DNA from: Candidatus Multivorans sp.
Lineage (GTDB): Bacteria > Acidobacteriota > Thermoanaerobaculia > Multivoradales > Multivoraceae
DNA length: 64,000 nucleotides
Direction of reading: 5' to 3'
NCBI GenBank assembly: GCA_965247095.1
Contig: OZ251997.1
Span: 2,976,001 to 3,040,000 of the forward strand
Shown: one piece after another, positions 9,745-18,704 of the stretch
Position numbering within the stretch: position 1 is the stretch's first letter
Layout: each line of letters begins with the position of its first letter
Program-made: the position numbers and the translations under genes
The notes under the pieces: model-generated
What the model saw: the letters and a program-made list of their open reading frames with translations, nothing else
Told to the model about the DNA's origin: nothing
The model's database searches: none

Positions 9745-10509
9745 ATGTCCGGTCACAGCAAGTGGAGCACGATCAAGCACAAGAAGGCGGCGCAGGACGC
9801 CCGTCGCAGCAAGGTGTTCACCCGCATCCTGAAGGAGGTTGTGGTCGCGGCCCGGCTCGGTGGCGGCGACCCCGCCGGCAATCCCAGGCTGCGCCAAGCG
9901 CTCTCGGAGGCGAAGGCGCACAACGTGCCTGGAGACACCATCGACCGGGCGATCAAGAAGGGCACGGGGGAACTCGAGGGCGTGTCCTATGAGGAGGTCA
10001 CCTACGAAGGCTACGGTCCCGGCGGTGTCGCGGTCCTGGTCGAGACGCTGACCGACAGCCGGAACCGAACCGTGGCCGACGTGCGGCACCTGTTCACCAA
10101 GCACGGCGGAAACCTCGGCGAGAACGGCTGTGTCGCCTGGATGTTCCACCGGCGAGGTTTCTTCGCGTTCGACCGCGCCGCTATGGAGGAGTCCGGGGTC
10201 GACGAGGAGGCACTGGTCGAGCTGGCGCTGGACCTCGAGGCCGAGGACTTCTCGGTCGAGGAGGACAGCTACCACGTCTACACTTCGGTCGAGGCCTTCC
10301 ATGCCACAAAGGACGAGGTCGAGGAGCGGGGACTGAAGACCGGGATAGCGCAACTGACGATGGAACCGCAAAACCTGGTCCGGGTCGAAGAGGCGGTCGC
10401 GGGTCAGCTCGTGCGGCTGATCGACGCGCTGGAGGACCAGGACGACGTGCAGCACGTCTGGGCCAACTTCGACCTCGACGACGAGTTGCTGGAGCGGCTG
10501 GCGTCCTGA
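9745..10509 (+). CDS. yebC: YebC/PmpR family protein
   Basis: MSGHSKWSTIKHKK, YEGYGPGG, TDSRNRT, LEDQDDVQHVW. Confidence 0.96.
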   Translation: MSGHSKWSTIKHKKAAQDARRSKVFTRILKEVVVAARLGGGDPAGNPRLRQALSEAKAHNVPGDTIDRAIKKGTGELEGVSYEEVTYEGYGPGGVAVLVETLTDSRNRTVADVRHLFTKHGGNLGENGCVAWMFHRRGFFAFDRAAMEESGVDEEALVELALDLEAEDFSVEEDSYHVYTSVEAFHATKDEVEERGLKTGIAQLTMEPQNLVRVEEAVAGQLVRLIDALEDQDDVQHVWANFDLDDELLERLAS

Positions 10510-10534
10510 TCGTCGCAGTGGCGGGACGGCGGCC

Positions 10535-11041
10535 TTGATCATCCTCGGTCTGGATCCGGGCAGCCGGTACACCGGCTACGGCGTGGTGGAGCAGGAAGGG
10601 TCGCGGCTGAGGGAGTTGGACTCGGGTCGGATCGTGCTGGTGTCCGAGCCGAGTCCGGCGGCGCGCATGGCTCTCCTCGCCGAGGGCGTGGAGCAGGCCC
10701 TCGACCGTTGGCAGCCGGCCGCCGCCGCTCTGGAGACCCTGTTTCATGGGCGCAACAGCCGCTCCCTGATCGCGCTCGCCCAGGCCCGGGGCGTCATTCT
10801 CTCGGTGTTGGGCCGGCGCGGCCTGGACGTGGAGGAGGTGTCTCCCGCCGAGGTCAAGAAGGCGGTGTGCGGCAACGGCCGGGCCGACAAGACCCAGGTG
10901 GCGCGCATGGTCGAGGTCCTGCTGGGAGCTTCGGCGGGCCGGCGAAGCGCGGACGCGTCGGATGCGCTGGCCGTGGCCATCTACTACGTGCAGCAGCGTC
11001 CGCTGCGGAGGGTCGTGGAGGCGGCGCGGAGCGCCCGTTGA
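10535..11041 (+). CDS. ruvC: Holliday junction resolvase
   Basis: ILGLDPG, E in LETLF, VKKAVCGNGRADK, DASDALAVA. Confidence 0.94.
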   Translation: MIILGLDPGSRYTGYGVVEQEGSRLRELDSGRIVLVSEPSPAARMALLAEGVEQALDRWQPAAAALETLFHGRNSRSLIALAQARGVILSVLGRRGLDVEEVSPAEVKKAVCGNGRADKTQVARMVEVLLGASAGRRSADASDALAVAIYYVQQRPLRRVVEAARSAR

Positions 11042-11079
11042 TCCGGGTCGGATTGGCGGTTCCAATGCAGGGTCCGTGT

Positions 11080-11225
11080 GCTATATTCCTTCACCGTTCC
11101 AAGGTGAGCCAGTCACCCCTTTCGGTGTAGGGGTCACCGTCCGTTCAGAATCGCGTCCACTGTCGGTGGGCGGTTCAACTCGTCCCGTCGCTGGCGGGTA
11201 CACAGGTTTTGAGGAGGTAGCATAG
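11080..11225 (+). promoter_or_regulatory. Putative extended -10 promoter, structured 5' leader and RBS of the exbB operon
   Basis: TG-C-TATATT near 11079-11087; three short hairpins; GAGGAGG at 11211-11217. Confidence 0.45.
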
Positions 11226-11888
11226 GTGAACATTGGTGGCACGTTCTGGAAGTTGATGAACGAGGGCGGACCCGTCATGTGGCCGCTGCTCGCATTCTCC
11301 GTTGTCGCTCTTACGGTGGTCGCCGAGCGCTTGTACGCGCTGTGGCGCGCCCGGATCAACGTTCACGAGTTCCTCCCCAAGGTGAGGAAGGCGCTGGTGG
11401 TCAACCGGTCGATCCGCGACGCGGTGAAGGTCTGCGAGGAGTACCGGGGGCCGGTCGCCTCGATCCTCAAGGCCGGTCTGATGAAGTACGGCCAGCCCAA
11501 GGAAGAGATCGAGAAGACGATCGAGAACGCGGCGCTGTTCGAGATGGGGCGCCTGGAGCGCGGTCTTGCGGTGCTGGCGACGACCGCCAACGTCGCGCCG
11601 CTGCTCGGCTTCTTCGGCACGGTGACCGGCATGATGGCCGGTTTCGACGCCCTCGCGGCGCAGGGCCTCTCCAACCCGGGCGCGGTCGCCACGGGTATCA
11701 AGGAGGCCCTGACGACGACGGCCGGCGGTCTCGCGGTCGCCATTCCGACGCAGCTCGCCTACAACTACTTCATGAGCCGGATCAACAAGTTCGTGCGCGA
11801 CATCGAGACCGCGGCGAACATGCTGCTCGAGACGTTCAGCGAGATGGAGCGCAGCGGCGTTTCGCCCGAGAGCGGCGAAGGCAGCTAG
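11226..11888 (+). CDS. exbB: MotA/TolQ/ExbB proton channel
   Basis: GGPVMWPL, APLLGFFGTVTGM, GIKEALTTTAGGLAVAIP; strong RBS. Confidence 0.92.
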   Translation: MNIGGTFWKLMNEGGPVMWPLLAFSVVALTVVAERLYALWRARINVHEFLPKVRKALVVNRSIRDAVKVCEEYRGPVASILKAGLMKYGQPKEEIEKTIENAALFEMGRLERGLAVLATTANVAPLLGFFGTVTGMMAGFDALAAQGLSNPGAVATGIKEALTTTAGGLAVAIPTQLAYNYFMSRINKFVRDIETAANMLLETFSEMERSGVSPESGEGS

Positions 11889-11921
11889 AGTTCCTACGGG
11901 TCCCAAGGCGAGGACAGCGAC

Positions 11922-12350
11922 ATGAAACTCAAGGCATCCATCGAGCACAAGCCGAACATCCCCACGGCCTCGATGGCCGACATCGCCTTCCTGCTGATCA
12001 TCTTCTTCATGCTGACGATCACCTTCGAGGTCGACAAGACCCAGGTGCAGTTGCCGAAGACGACCCTCAGGTACGAGATCCCGAAGAAGGCCGCCTACGT
12101 GTCGATCGATCCGAACGGTCGCATCCGGGTGTCCGACGGCCAGTCTCAGAGTTCGCTGGTCAGTGCGGCGGACGAGGTGCTTTCGATGGCCGCAACCGTG
12201 ATCTCGACCGATCGGGACAAGACGTTCGTGGTCAAGGCCGACGGCGACGTGCCGTGGGAGAAGGTCGACGAGGTGCTGGATGCTCTGAAGCGGGCCAAGG
12301 TGCGCGATCTGCGCCTGCTGTCCGACCAGCGAACGGTCGACGACCTGTAG
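11922..12350 (+). CDS. exbD: ExbD/TolR family protein 1
   Basis: TM segment with conserved Asp ([14 protein letters not shown]); VVKAD. Confidence 0.9.
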   Translation: MKLKASIEHKPNIPTASMADIAFLLIIFFMLTITFEVDKTQVQLPKTTLRYEIPKKAAYVSIDPNGRIRVSDGQSQSSLVSAADEVLSMAATVISTDRDKTFVVKADGDVPWEKVDEVLDALKRAKVRDLRLLSDQRTVDDL

Positions 12351-12398
12351 AGGACGCAGCGGCATTCTGGTACTTGACGATACCGATGGAGGCTCAAG

Positions 12399-12836
12399 AT
12401 GAAGATCGAACGTGACCGCCCGGACGACGAGATTCCGACCTCGTCGATGGCGGATATCGCCTTCCTGCTGATCGTCTTCTTCATGGTGACGACCACGTTC
12501 ACGGCCACCCGCGGACTCGACTTCGCGCTTCCGGACGACGACGACAACCCGCCGGTCATCGAGAAGGAAGAGTCGGTGTTGATCGAGATCTTCCCGGGAG
12601 GGGTGCTGATGGTGGACCAGAACCCGATGCAGCTCGGCGAGATCATCGAGTACCTGAGGCCGAAGCTGGAGCGGAATCCGAAGAAGCCGGTGATCATCCG
12701 GCCGGATGTTGCGACGCAGTACAGGTTCATGGTCGAGGTATACGACGAGCTGCGCCAGGGCGAAGATCACGGACTGACGGCGCCGATCAACATCTCGGTG
12801 CCGACTCAGCGGGAAATCCAGAGCTTCTGGTACTAG
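12399..12836 (+). CDS. exbD: ExbD/TolR family protein 2
   Basis: [15 protein letters not shown]; VIIRPD...Y. Confidence 0.9.
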   Translation: MKIERDRPDDEIPTSSMADIAFLLIVFFMVTTTFTATRGLDFALPDDDDNPPVIEKEESVLIEIFPGGVLMVDQNPMQLGEIIEYLRPKLERNPKKPVIIRPDVATQYRFMVEVYDELRQGEDHGLTAPINISVPTQREIQSFWY

Positions 12837-12915
12837 CCTTGCCGCTCCCGGAATAGGACCGAGCCCGAACGAAGTTGGAACTACACGTCGACCTGACAGA
12901 CAAGAGGTAACCCCG

Positions 12916-13674
12916 ATGAGTGATGAGAACCTCGAAGCGGCTGCATCTCCGGCCGCTGAATCCCCGGCCGGGGGGCCACAGGCGGAAGAAGCTGGTGCGC
13001 TGACGTCAGCGGAGCAGGGCCTTCTCACCTACGTTGAGGAAACCCGGGAGGACAACAAGACCTTCCGCTACTCGTTCGGGCTCGCGGTGCTGCTTCACGC
13101 GATCCTGCTGATCGTCAAGCTGCCCGATCTGTACGGCGATGTGGTGGCGCCGCCGCCGAAGCCCAAGGTCTTCGTGGTGCAGCAGGTGCGCTTCAAGCCG
13201 CCACCGCCGGAAATGGAGCAGCAGATTCCGAAGCCCAAGTCGAAGAAGGTTCCGATCCCCGATCCGACGCCCGATGAGCCGGAACCGATCCGCATCGACG
13301 AGCCCGATGAGATCGACATTCCGGAGGTCGACGACCTGGATCTGTTCAACCTGCCCGACGCTCCGCCTCCTCCGGAACCGACCGGACCGATCTACGTCAC
13401 CGGCGAGGTGGCGAAGCCGGTGAAGATCAACGAGGTCAGGCCCCAGTACACGGAGATTGCGCGCAAGGCGCGGATCCAGGGTGTCGTCATTCTTCAGGCA
13501 ACGATCGACAAGAACGGCGACATCACGGACGTCAAGGTGCTGAAGGGCCTGCACATGGGTCTGAGCGAGGCCGCTGTGACGGCGGTCAAGCAGTGGAAGT
13601 TCAAGCCGGCGACCCTCAACGGCAAGCCGGTCGCCGTCTACTACAACCTGACTGTCAACTTCCAGCTCCAGTAG
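12916..13674 (+). CDS. tonB: TonB family energy transducer 1
   Basis: TM with LLH, Pro-rich linker, TonB C-terminal domain ([16 protein letters not shown]...WKFKPA). Confidence 0.9.
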   Translation: MSDENLEAAASPAAESPAGGPQAEEAGALTSAEQGLLTYVEETREDNKTFRYSFGLAVLLHAILLIVKLPDLYGDVVAPPPKPKVFVVQQVRFKPPPPEMEQQIPKPKSKKVPIPDPTPDEPEPIRIDEPDEIDIPEVDDLDLFNLPDAPPPPEPTGPIYVTGEVAKPVKINEVRPQYTEIARKARIQGVVILQATIDKNGDITDVKVLKGLHMGLSEAAVTAVKQWKFKPATLNGKPVAVYYNLTVNFQLQ

Positions 13675-13687
13675 GGGGTTGGGAACC

Positions 13688-13753
13688 TCAAGCCGGAGAG
13701 GCGCTTGCGCCGGCCCGGCCGTCGTCATCAACGAACCTGACCGTCAACTTCCG
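13688..13753 (+). pseudogene. Decayed duplicate of the tonB 3' end
   Basis: TCAAGCCGG...AACCTGACCGTCAACTTCC aligns with 13601-13663, with substitutions and about two 1-nt indels. Confidence 0.55.
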
Positions 13754-13801
13754 AATGAAGCAACCGGGAGTACCTGGCGCCCCATGAAGGAGGCCCCATA
13801 G

Positions 13802-14983
13802 ATGACCAATCGCCGATCTGTTCTTGCCCTCGCGACGGCCTGTGCGCTGCTCGGAGCTTCCGCCTCTTCCGCCGGATGGGAAGAGGGAGTCGCCGCATTC
13901 ACCGCCGGCAACTACGCCCAGGCGATCGCCGAGTTCCAGCAGTTCGTTGAGGAGCGGACCGACGAAGAGGCCCTGCAGAAGGGGTATCAGATGCTGGCCA
14001 TGTCCCTGCTCAGGGGCGGCAAGGCCAAGGAGTCGGTGGCGGCGTTCCAGAAGCACCTCGAGTTGAAGCCCGGCGATGTCGGAAGCCAGGTTGCGCTGGG
14101 GCAGGCGTACCACAAGAGCGGCATGCCCCGGGAATGCGTGGCGACACTGAACAGGCTGAACATCGGCAGCCTGCCGAAGGGCCACCAGATCCTGGTGTAC
14201 CAGATGCGCAGCGCGAGCCAGGCGCGGCTCGGAAACACCCCCGGCGCGGCCGCCGACCTAGGGAAGGTCGCGGACTTGAAGTCGGACGACGCGAAGACGC
14301 GCTTCGACTACGGCAAGCTGCTGCAGAACGACGCGCAGCTCGACCCCGCGATCACCGCCTACGAACGGGCGGTGTCGATGGACGGCAGCAAGGCGGAGTG
14401 GAAGGAGACGCTGGTCAACGCCCTGAAGATCAAGGGTCGGAGGACACAGGGCTCGGCCAAGACCGGAATCTACGCCAGGGCTGAGGATGTGGCCCGGAGC
14501 CTGGTCGCGAGCAGTCCCTCCTACAACTACCTGCTCCTCCTGGGCGAGGTTCAGTTGGGCGCCAAGAACTACGACTCGGCGGCTTCGACGTTCCAGCAGG
14601 CGGTCTCGAAGACGGGGAACGACTGGCACGCGCACTTCTACCTGGGGCAGGCCTACAGCTCGCTTGGCCGCTACAGCGACGCCGAAGCGCCGTTGAATAC
14701 AGCCCTGCCGCTTGCCTCGGGCGACGACGAGAAGCTGGTATGGAAACAACTCGGCTTCGTCTTCGAGAAGCAGAAGAAGTACGGCCTTTCCATCGATGCC
14801 TACGAGAGGGCGGGCGACCCGGCCGGCGTCTCCCGGGTCCGCGAGAACGAGCGGATCGCCAAGGAGAACATAGAAGCCGAGCAGCACAACAAGACCGTCG
14901 AAGACTTGCGACGTCAGCAGGAGATACTCCGCATTCAAATGGAGGAACTCCCGGGGGCGACGAACGATCCGCCGCGCCGCTAG
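13802..14983 (+). CDS. Exported multi-TPR protein
   Basis: Signal peptide ending ASSA; several TPR motifs (ALGQAY, FYLGQAY, QLGFVF); C-terminal coiled coil. Confidence 0.85.
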   Translation: MTNRRSVLALATACALLGASASSAGWEEGVAAFTAGNYAQAIAEFQQFVEERTDEEALQKGYQMLAMSLLRGGKAKESVAAFQKHLELKPGDVGSQVALGQAYHKSGMPRECVATLNRLNIGSLPKGHQILVYQMRSASQARLGNTPGAAADLGKVADLKSDDAKTRFDYGKLLQNDAQLDPAITAYERAVSMDGSKAEWKETLVNALKIKGRRTQGSAKTGIYARAEDVARSLVASSPSYNYLLLLGEVQLGAKNYDSAASTFQQAVSKTGNDWHAHFYLGQAYSSLGRYSDAEAPLNTALPLASGDDEKLVWKQLGFVFEKQKKYGLSIDAYERAGDPAGVSRVRENERIAKENIEAEQHNKTVEDLRRQQEILRIQMEELPGATNDPPRR

Positions 14984-15032
14984 CGATTCCGCGTAGCGGA
15001 AGCTCCAACGAGCTCGTGCCAGTGCGCCGGCC

Positions 15033-15056
15033 GTAGCGCCGGCCTTCTGGCCGGCG
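15033..15056 (+). repeat. GTAG-led REP-like palindrome
   Basis: GTAG followed by CGCCGGCC-TTCT-GGCCGGCG. Confidence 0.5.
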
Positions 15057-15159
15057 TATGCCGGTGAGGTTCGCGCACCGCACGGAATAGGTGCGGCCGG
15101 CAACAGGTTGGAACGGGGGCATCACCCTTTACACACCACCCGACAGAAGGGGGCCCCGG

Positions 15160-15900
15160 ATGAGCGACACGAGCCTTGAGGCGGCTGGATCCCCGGCCGA
15201 AGAGTCGGCGGCCGACGCTGTGCCCGCCACGTCAGCGGAGCATGGCCTGTTGACCTATGTGCAGGAGACGCGAAAAGACACCAGGACGTTCCGCTACTCA
15301 CTGGCACTGGCTTTGTTCTTCCACGCGATTCTCCTGCTCGTCAAGCTGCCCGATCTGTACGGCAAGGAGCAGGCGGCGCCACCGGCGCCGCCGAAAGTCT
15401 TCGTGGTGCAGCAGGTGCGTTTCAAGCCGCCGCCGCCGACGGAGGAGATTCGGATCCCGAAGCCGAAGTCGAAGAAGGTGCCGATCCCTGATCCGACGCC
15501 GGAGGAACCGGAGCCGATCCGGATTGACGAACCGAAGCTCTACCTTCCCGAGGTCGACGAGCTGAACTGGAAGATCGAGGTGCCCGCGCCTCCGCCTCTG
15601 GAGGAGCCCGGGCCGATCGAAGTGACCCGTGACGTCATCAAGCCGACGAAGACCCTCCACGTCGACCCGCAGTACACCGAGATCGCGCGCAAGGCGCGGA
15701 TTCAGGGCGCAGTCACTCTGCGGGCGACGATCGATCAGCAGGGTGACATCACCGATGTCGAGGTGCTGAGAGGTTTGCAGATGGGCCTCACCGAGGCCGC
15801 GGTGGCCGCGGTCAGGCAGTGGAAGTTCAAGCCGGCGACACTGAACGGAAGGCCGGTCGCTGTCTACTTCAACCTGACCGTCACCTTCCAGCTCCGGTAG
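15160..15900 (+). CDS. tonB: TonB family energy transducer 2 (close paralogue of 12916-13674)
   Basis: Shared blocks [58 protein letters not shown]. Confidence 0.9.
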   Translation: MSDTSLEAAGSPAEESAADAVPATSAEHGLLTYVQETRKDTRTFRYSLALALFFHAILLLVKLPDLYGKEQAAPPAPPKVFVVQQVRFKPPPPTEEIRIPKPKSKKVPIPDPTPEEPEPIRIDEPKLYLPEVDELNWKIEVPAPPPLEEPGPIEVTRDVIKPTKTLHVDPQYTEIARKARIQGAVTLRATIDQQGDITDVEVLRGLQMGLTEAAVAAVRQWKFKPATLNGRPVAVYFNLTVTFQLR

Positions 15901-15907
15901 GGGTCTG

Positions 15908-16073
15908 CTAGCGCGGCAGAACTCCCAGAGGCCGGCGCTTCGCGCCGGATGCGGGCAGGATGCCCGCGTGCCATCCGTGCGCCCGATGACGGGCGCACGG
16001 ACTGGTTCACGTGTGGCGCGGATCGCGCCACCCGGGTTCCCAGGTCAGATCGTTCTGCCGCGCAAGCCCCTAG
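15908..16073 (+). repeat. Full-length CTAG-bounded multi-hairpin element (166 bp)
   Basis: CTAG at both ends; 12-bp IR GCGCGGCAGAAC/GTTCTGCCGCGC; four internal hairpins at 15932-15948, 15951-15967, 15974-16001 and 16013-16031. Confidence 0.92.
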
Positions 16074-17554
16074 CCCTGGCCCAGTTTCCGGCGCAGAATC
16101 TCCTGCGCCGCCCGGGGCTCAGCGCTACCTCGAGATGCCTTCATGACCTGGCCGACCAGGTAGCCCAGGGCCTGCTTGCGGCCGCCGCGGTACTCAAGGG
16201 CGGCCTTGCTGTTGGCCGCGATCGCGGCGTCGGCCCAGGCCTCGAGCCGATCGTCGTCCCGGACCTGGCGTAGCCCGAGACGATCGACGATCTGGTCGGG
16301 CGTCTCCTCCGAGTCCCAGGCTTCGGCGAGCACGTCCTTTGCGGCGGTAGCCGACAGCTCGCCGGTGTCGACCAGGGCGACAATGGCCGCCAGCCGCTCG
16401 GGCGGGATGAGTTGAACGTCCCGCTGCTTCAGCTCGCGCAGGATTTCGGTCATCACCCAATTGGCGATCGACCTGGCGCCGGCCGGATGGGCGGCCACGG
16501 CGCGCTCGTAGTACGTCGCCAGGGCGACGCTGCCGGAGAGCAGCGCGGCTTCCTCGGCGCGCAGCCCGTAGGCGTCGCGGAACCGCGCACTCTTGACCCA
16601 CGGCAACTCCGGGAGCACCACCGCTTGACGCTCGATGCGGCGCTCCGTCACCACCAGAGTGGAGAGGTCGGGCTCGGGAAAGTACCGGTAGTCGTGCGCT
16701 TCCTCCTTGGACCGGAGGGTGCGGGTGGCGCCGCTTGCCGGCTCGAAGCTGCGCGTCTCCTGTTCGACCTGGCCTCCAGCGGCCAGGATGTGCAACTGCC
16801 GCTCCCGTTCGTACTCGAGCGCCCTGGCGACGTGACGGAAGGAGTTCAGGTTCTTGACCTCCGTCTTCGTGCCGAGCTTGCCTGTGCCGGCCGGACGCAG
16901 GGAGAGATTGGCGTCGCAGCGCAGACTGCCCTCCTCCATGTTGCCGTCGCTGGCGCCGGTGTAGAGAAGGACCTGGTGGAGCGTCTGCAGATAGGCCTGC
17001 GCGTCCTCGGGTGAGCGAATCTCGGGCTCGGTCACGATCTCCACCAGGGGTACGCCGCAGCGGTTGAAGTCGACCAGGCTTCGCCCCGGCAGCGGACCGC
17101 CTCCCGGCACCTCGTGCAGGAGCTTGCCGGCGTCCTCCTCCAGGTGGATCCGATGGAGGCGGACCTCGCGGCCGGACGGCAGCGGCACCGACCCGCCCTC
17201 GGCCAGCGGCTCGTCGTACTGACTGATCTGATAGCCCTTCGGCAGGTCGGGGTAGAAGTAGTTCTTGCGCGCGAACACGGACCGCTGCCTGACCTCGCAC
17301 CCCAGCGCCAGCGCCAGCCGGATGGCGAGGTCGACGGCGTACTGGTTGGTCACCGGCAGGGTGCCCGGGTAACCGAGGCAGACCGGGCACACGAGTTCGT
17401 TCGGCTCGGCGCCGAAACGGTTCTCGCAGCGGCAGAACATCTTCGTTCTGGTACGCAACTGGACATGGACTTCCAGCCCGATGACCGTTTCCCACGCGGC
17501 ATCGATTGTTGCCGGAGAGACTCCCGGAGTGGCCGTGCTCTGCGCTACGCTCAT
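16070..17554 (-). CDS. gatB: Asp-tRNA(Asn)/Glu-tRNA(Gln) amidotransferase subunit B
   Basis: VIGLEVHVQL, RKNYFYPDLPKGYQISQ, HLEEDAGK, EGSLRCDAN, DYRYFPEPDL. Confidence 0.97.
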   Translation of the reverse strand: MSVAQSTATPGVSPATIDAAWETVIGLEVHVQLRTRTKMFCRCENRFGAEPNELVCPVCLGYPGTLPVTNQYAVDLAIRLALALGCEVRQRSVFARKNYFYPDLPKGYQISQYDEPLAEGGSVPLPSGREVRLHRIHLEEDAGKLLHEVPGGGPLPGRSLVDFNRCGVPLVEIVTEPEIRSPEDAQAYLQTLHQVLLYTGASDGNMEEGSLRCDANLSLRPAGTGKLGTKTEVKNLNSFRHVARALEYERERQLHILAAGGQVEQETRSFEPASGATRTLRSKEEAHDYRYFPEPDLSTLVVTERRIERQAVVLPELPWVKSARFRDAYGLRAEEAALLSGSVALATYYERAVAAHPAGARSIANWVMTEILRELKQRDVQLIPPERLAAIVALVDTGELSATAAKDVLAEAWDSEETPDQIVDRLGLRQVRDDDRLEAWADAAIAANSKAALEYRGGRKQALGYLVGQVMKASRGSAEPRAAQEILRRKLGQG

Positions 17555-17596
17555 GACCGTCACGATGGCCGCGGCATCCTACAGCAGCTACCTGGG

Positions 17597-18298
17597 GTGA
17601 CGGACCAGCGCCGGGCCGCGGTCACCATGGTCCACCGCCGCGGGCCGGTCCAGGCCGCCTTCCTGGGCGCGGTGCGGGGAGCGCAGGCGCTGGGGCCGGA
17701 GGATGCTTTCCGACTCCTGGCGCGCGATGTCTCTGCTGCGGAAACGGCCTCGCCCGCCTGGTTGAGGCAGCGGCACAGCGCCGAGGCGCTGCGGGTAGAC
17801 GAGCCTGGTTTGAGGGGGGAGGGAGACGCCCTGATCGTCTCTCGCTCCGGCGTCGCGGCGACCGTCTTTGTCGCCGACTGCGTACCGGTGCTGATCGCCG
17901 CGGGTGAGAGCGTGGCAGCCGTTCACGCCGGCTGGCGGGGGCTGGCGGGCGGCGTTCTCCCGTCGGCGATACGGGAGTTGAAACGTGCCGGCGCCACCAA
18001 TCCGGCGACGGCCGAGGCCTGGATCGGTCCGGCGATCGGCCCCTGTTGCTACGAAGTAGGCGAAGACGTGGCCGGCCAGGTGGAATCCGCGAGCGGCGCC
18101 GAAGTCGTCATTCGCCGGCCAGGGCGCAAGCCGCACCTCGACCTGGTCCTGGCGGCTTCGAAGCAGCTTACGGGGTTGGGTGTGGGCCGCATCTCAAGTA
18201 GCGGTTGCTGCGTTCGTTGCGATTCGGACTGGTGGAGCTACCGCCGCGACGGCGCGGGCGCCGGCCGGAACTACGCCTTCATCTGGCGCGCCCTATAG
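17597..18298 (+). CDS. pgeF: PgeF/YfiH family (laccase-domain) protein
   Basis: LRQRHS, ADCVPVL, HAGWRG, IGPAIGPCCYEVG, WSYRRDG; start uncertain (17597 or 17627). Confidence 0.88.
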   Translation: MTDQRRAAVTMVHRRGPVQAAFLGAVRGAQALGPEDAFRLLARDVSAAETASPAWLRQRHSAEALRVDEPGLRGEGDALIVSRSGVAATVFVADCVPVLIAAGESVAAVHAGWRGLAGGVLPSAIRELKRAGATNPATAEAWIGPAIGPCCYEVGEDVAGQVESASGAEVVIRRPGRKPHLDLVLAASKQLTGLGVGRISSSGCCVRCDSDWWSYRRDGAGAGRNYAFIWRAL

Positions 18299-18304
18299 CG
18301 GGTG

Positions 18305-18622
18305 TCAGTCGCCGTCGGATGCCGCCCCGCGCGAACTGCGGCGCCGGGTCCTGCGGGTGGGATCGATTCCTACGGAGCGCAGGAAAGCGAGGTCGCGTCC
18401 ATTGATGCGGAACGTCGGCGGCGGAAGCGGCCGCCTGGTCGAAGAGCTCTCGTCGGCGTCGCTATCGTCATCGCTGCTTCTCTTGCAGTCGAGGAAGAGG
18501 TTGAGCGTGTAGCCTTCGCGCCGGATCGACTCGAGCCGATCGTGGACCTCGGGCGACTCGGCCATCGCCTCGCAGAGAGACCGGGTGAGTTCTTCGAGTA
18601 GTTGCTTGAGCCGGGGTTCCAT
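18305..18622 (-). CDS. Small hypothetical protein
   Basis: 105-aa ORF with protein-like composition (MEPRLKQLLEEL...DLAFLRSVGIDPTR) filling the gap between two genes. Confidence 0.75.
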   Translation of the reverse strand: MEPRLKQLLEELTRSLCEAMAESPEVHDRLESIRREGYTLNLFLDCKRSSDDDSDADESSSTRRPLPPPTFRINGRDLAFLRSVGIDPTRRTRRRSSRGAASDGD

Positions 18623-18704
18623 GGGCCGACGACCATTATCCCAGACCGCAGCCGGTAGCGACACTCCGGGTTCGCTACAGGGCGCTAAGGACACTTGGCG
18701 GCCG

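Noticed and set aside
11175-13028. Long antisense or alternate-frame ORFs (also 1747-3156, 28561-30165, 35015-36613, 47184-49274, 58000-59688)
   Set aside because: Shadow ORFs of high-GC genes; Arg/Pro/Gly-rich, motif-free and fully overlapping well-supported genes.
13601-13753. tonB 3' end plus nearby copy as a diversity-generating retroelement VR/TR pair
   Set aside because: Differences are not adenine-specific, include indels, and no reverse transcriptase is in the window.
15908-16073. Repeat family as integron attC sites
   Set aside because: No RYYYAAC/GTTRRRY boxes, the flanking genes are core and often convergent, and there is no intI.
15949-16146. Recurrent small ORFs MRAGCPRAI(R/H)APDDGR (also within 44755-45699 and 39158-40276)
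   Set aside because: These are translations of the non-coding repeat; frames and ends are inconsistent between copies.
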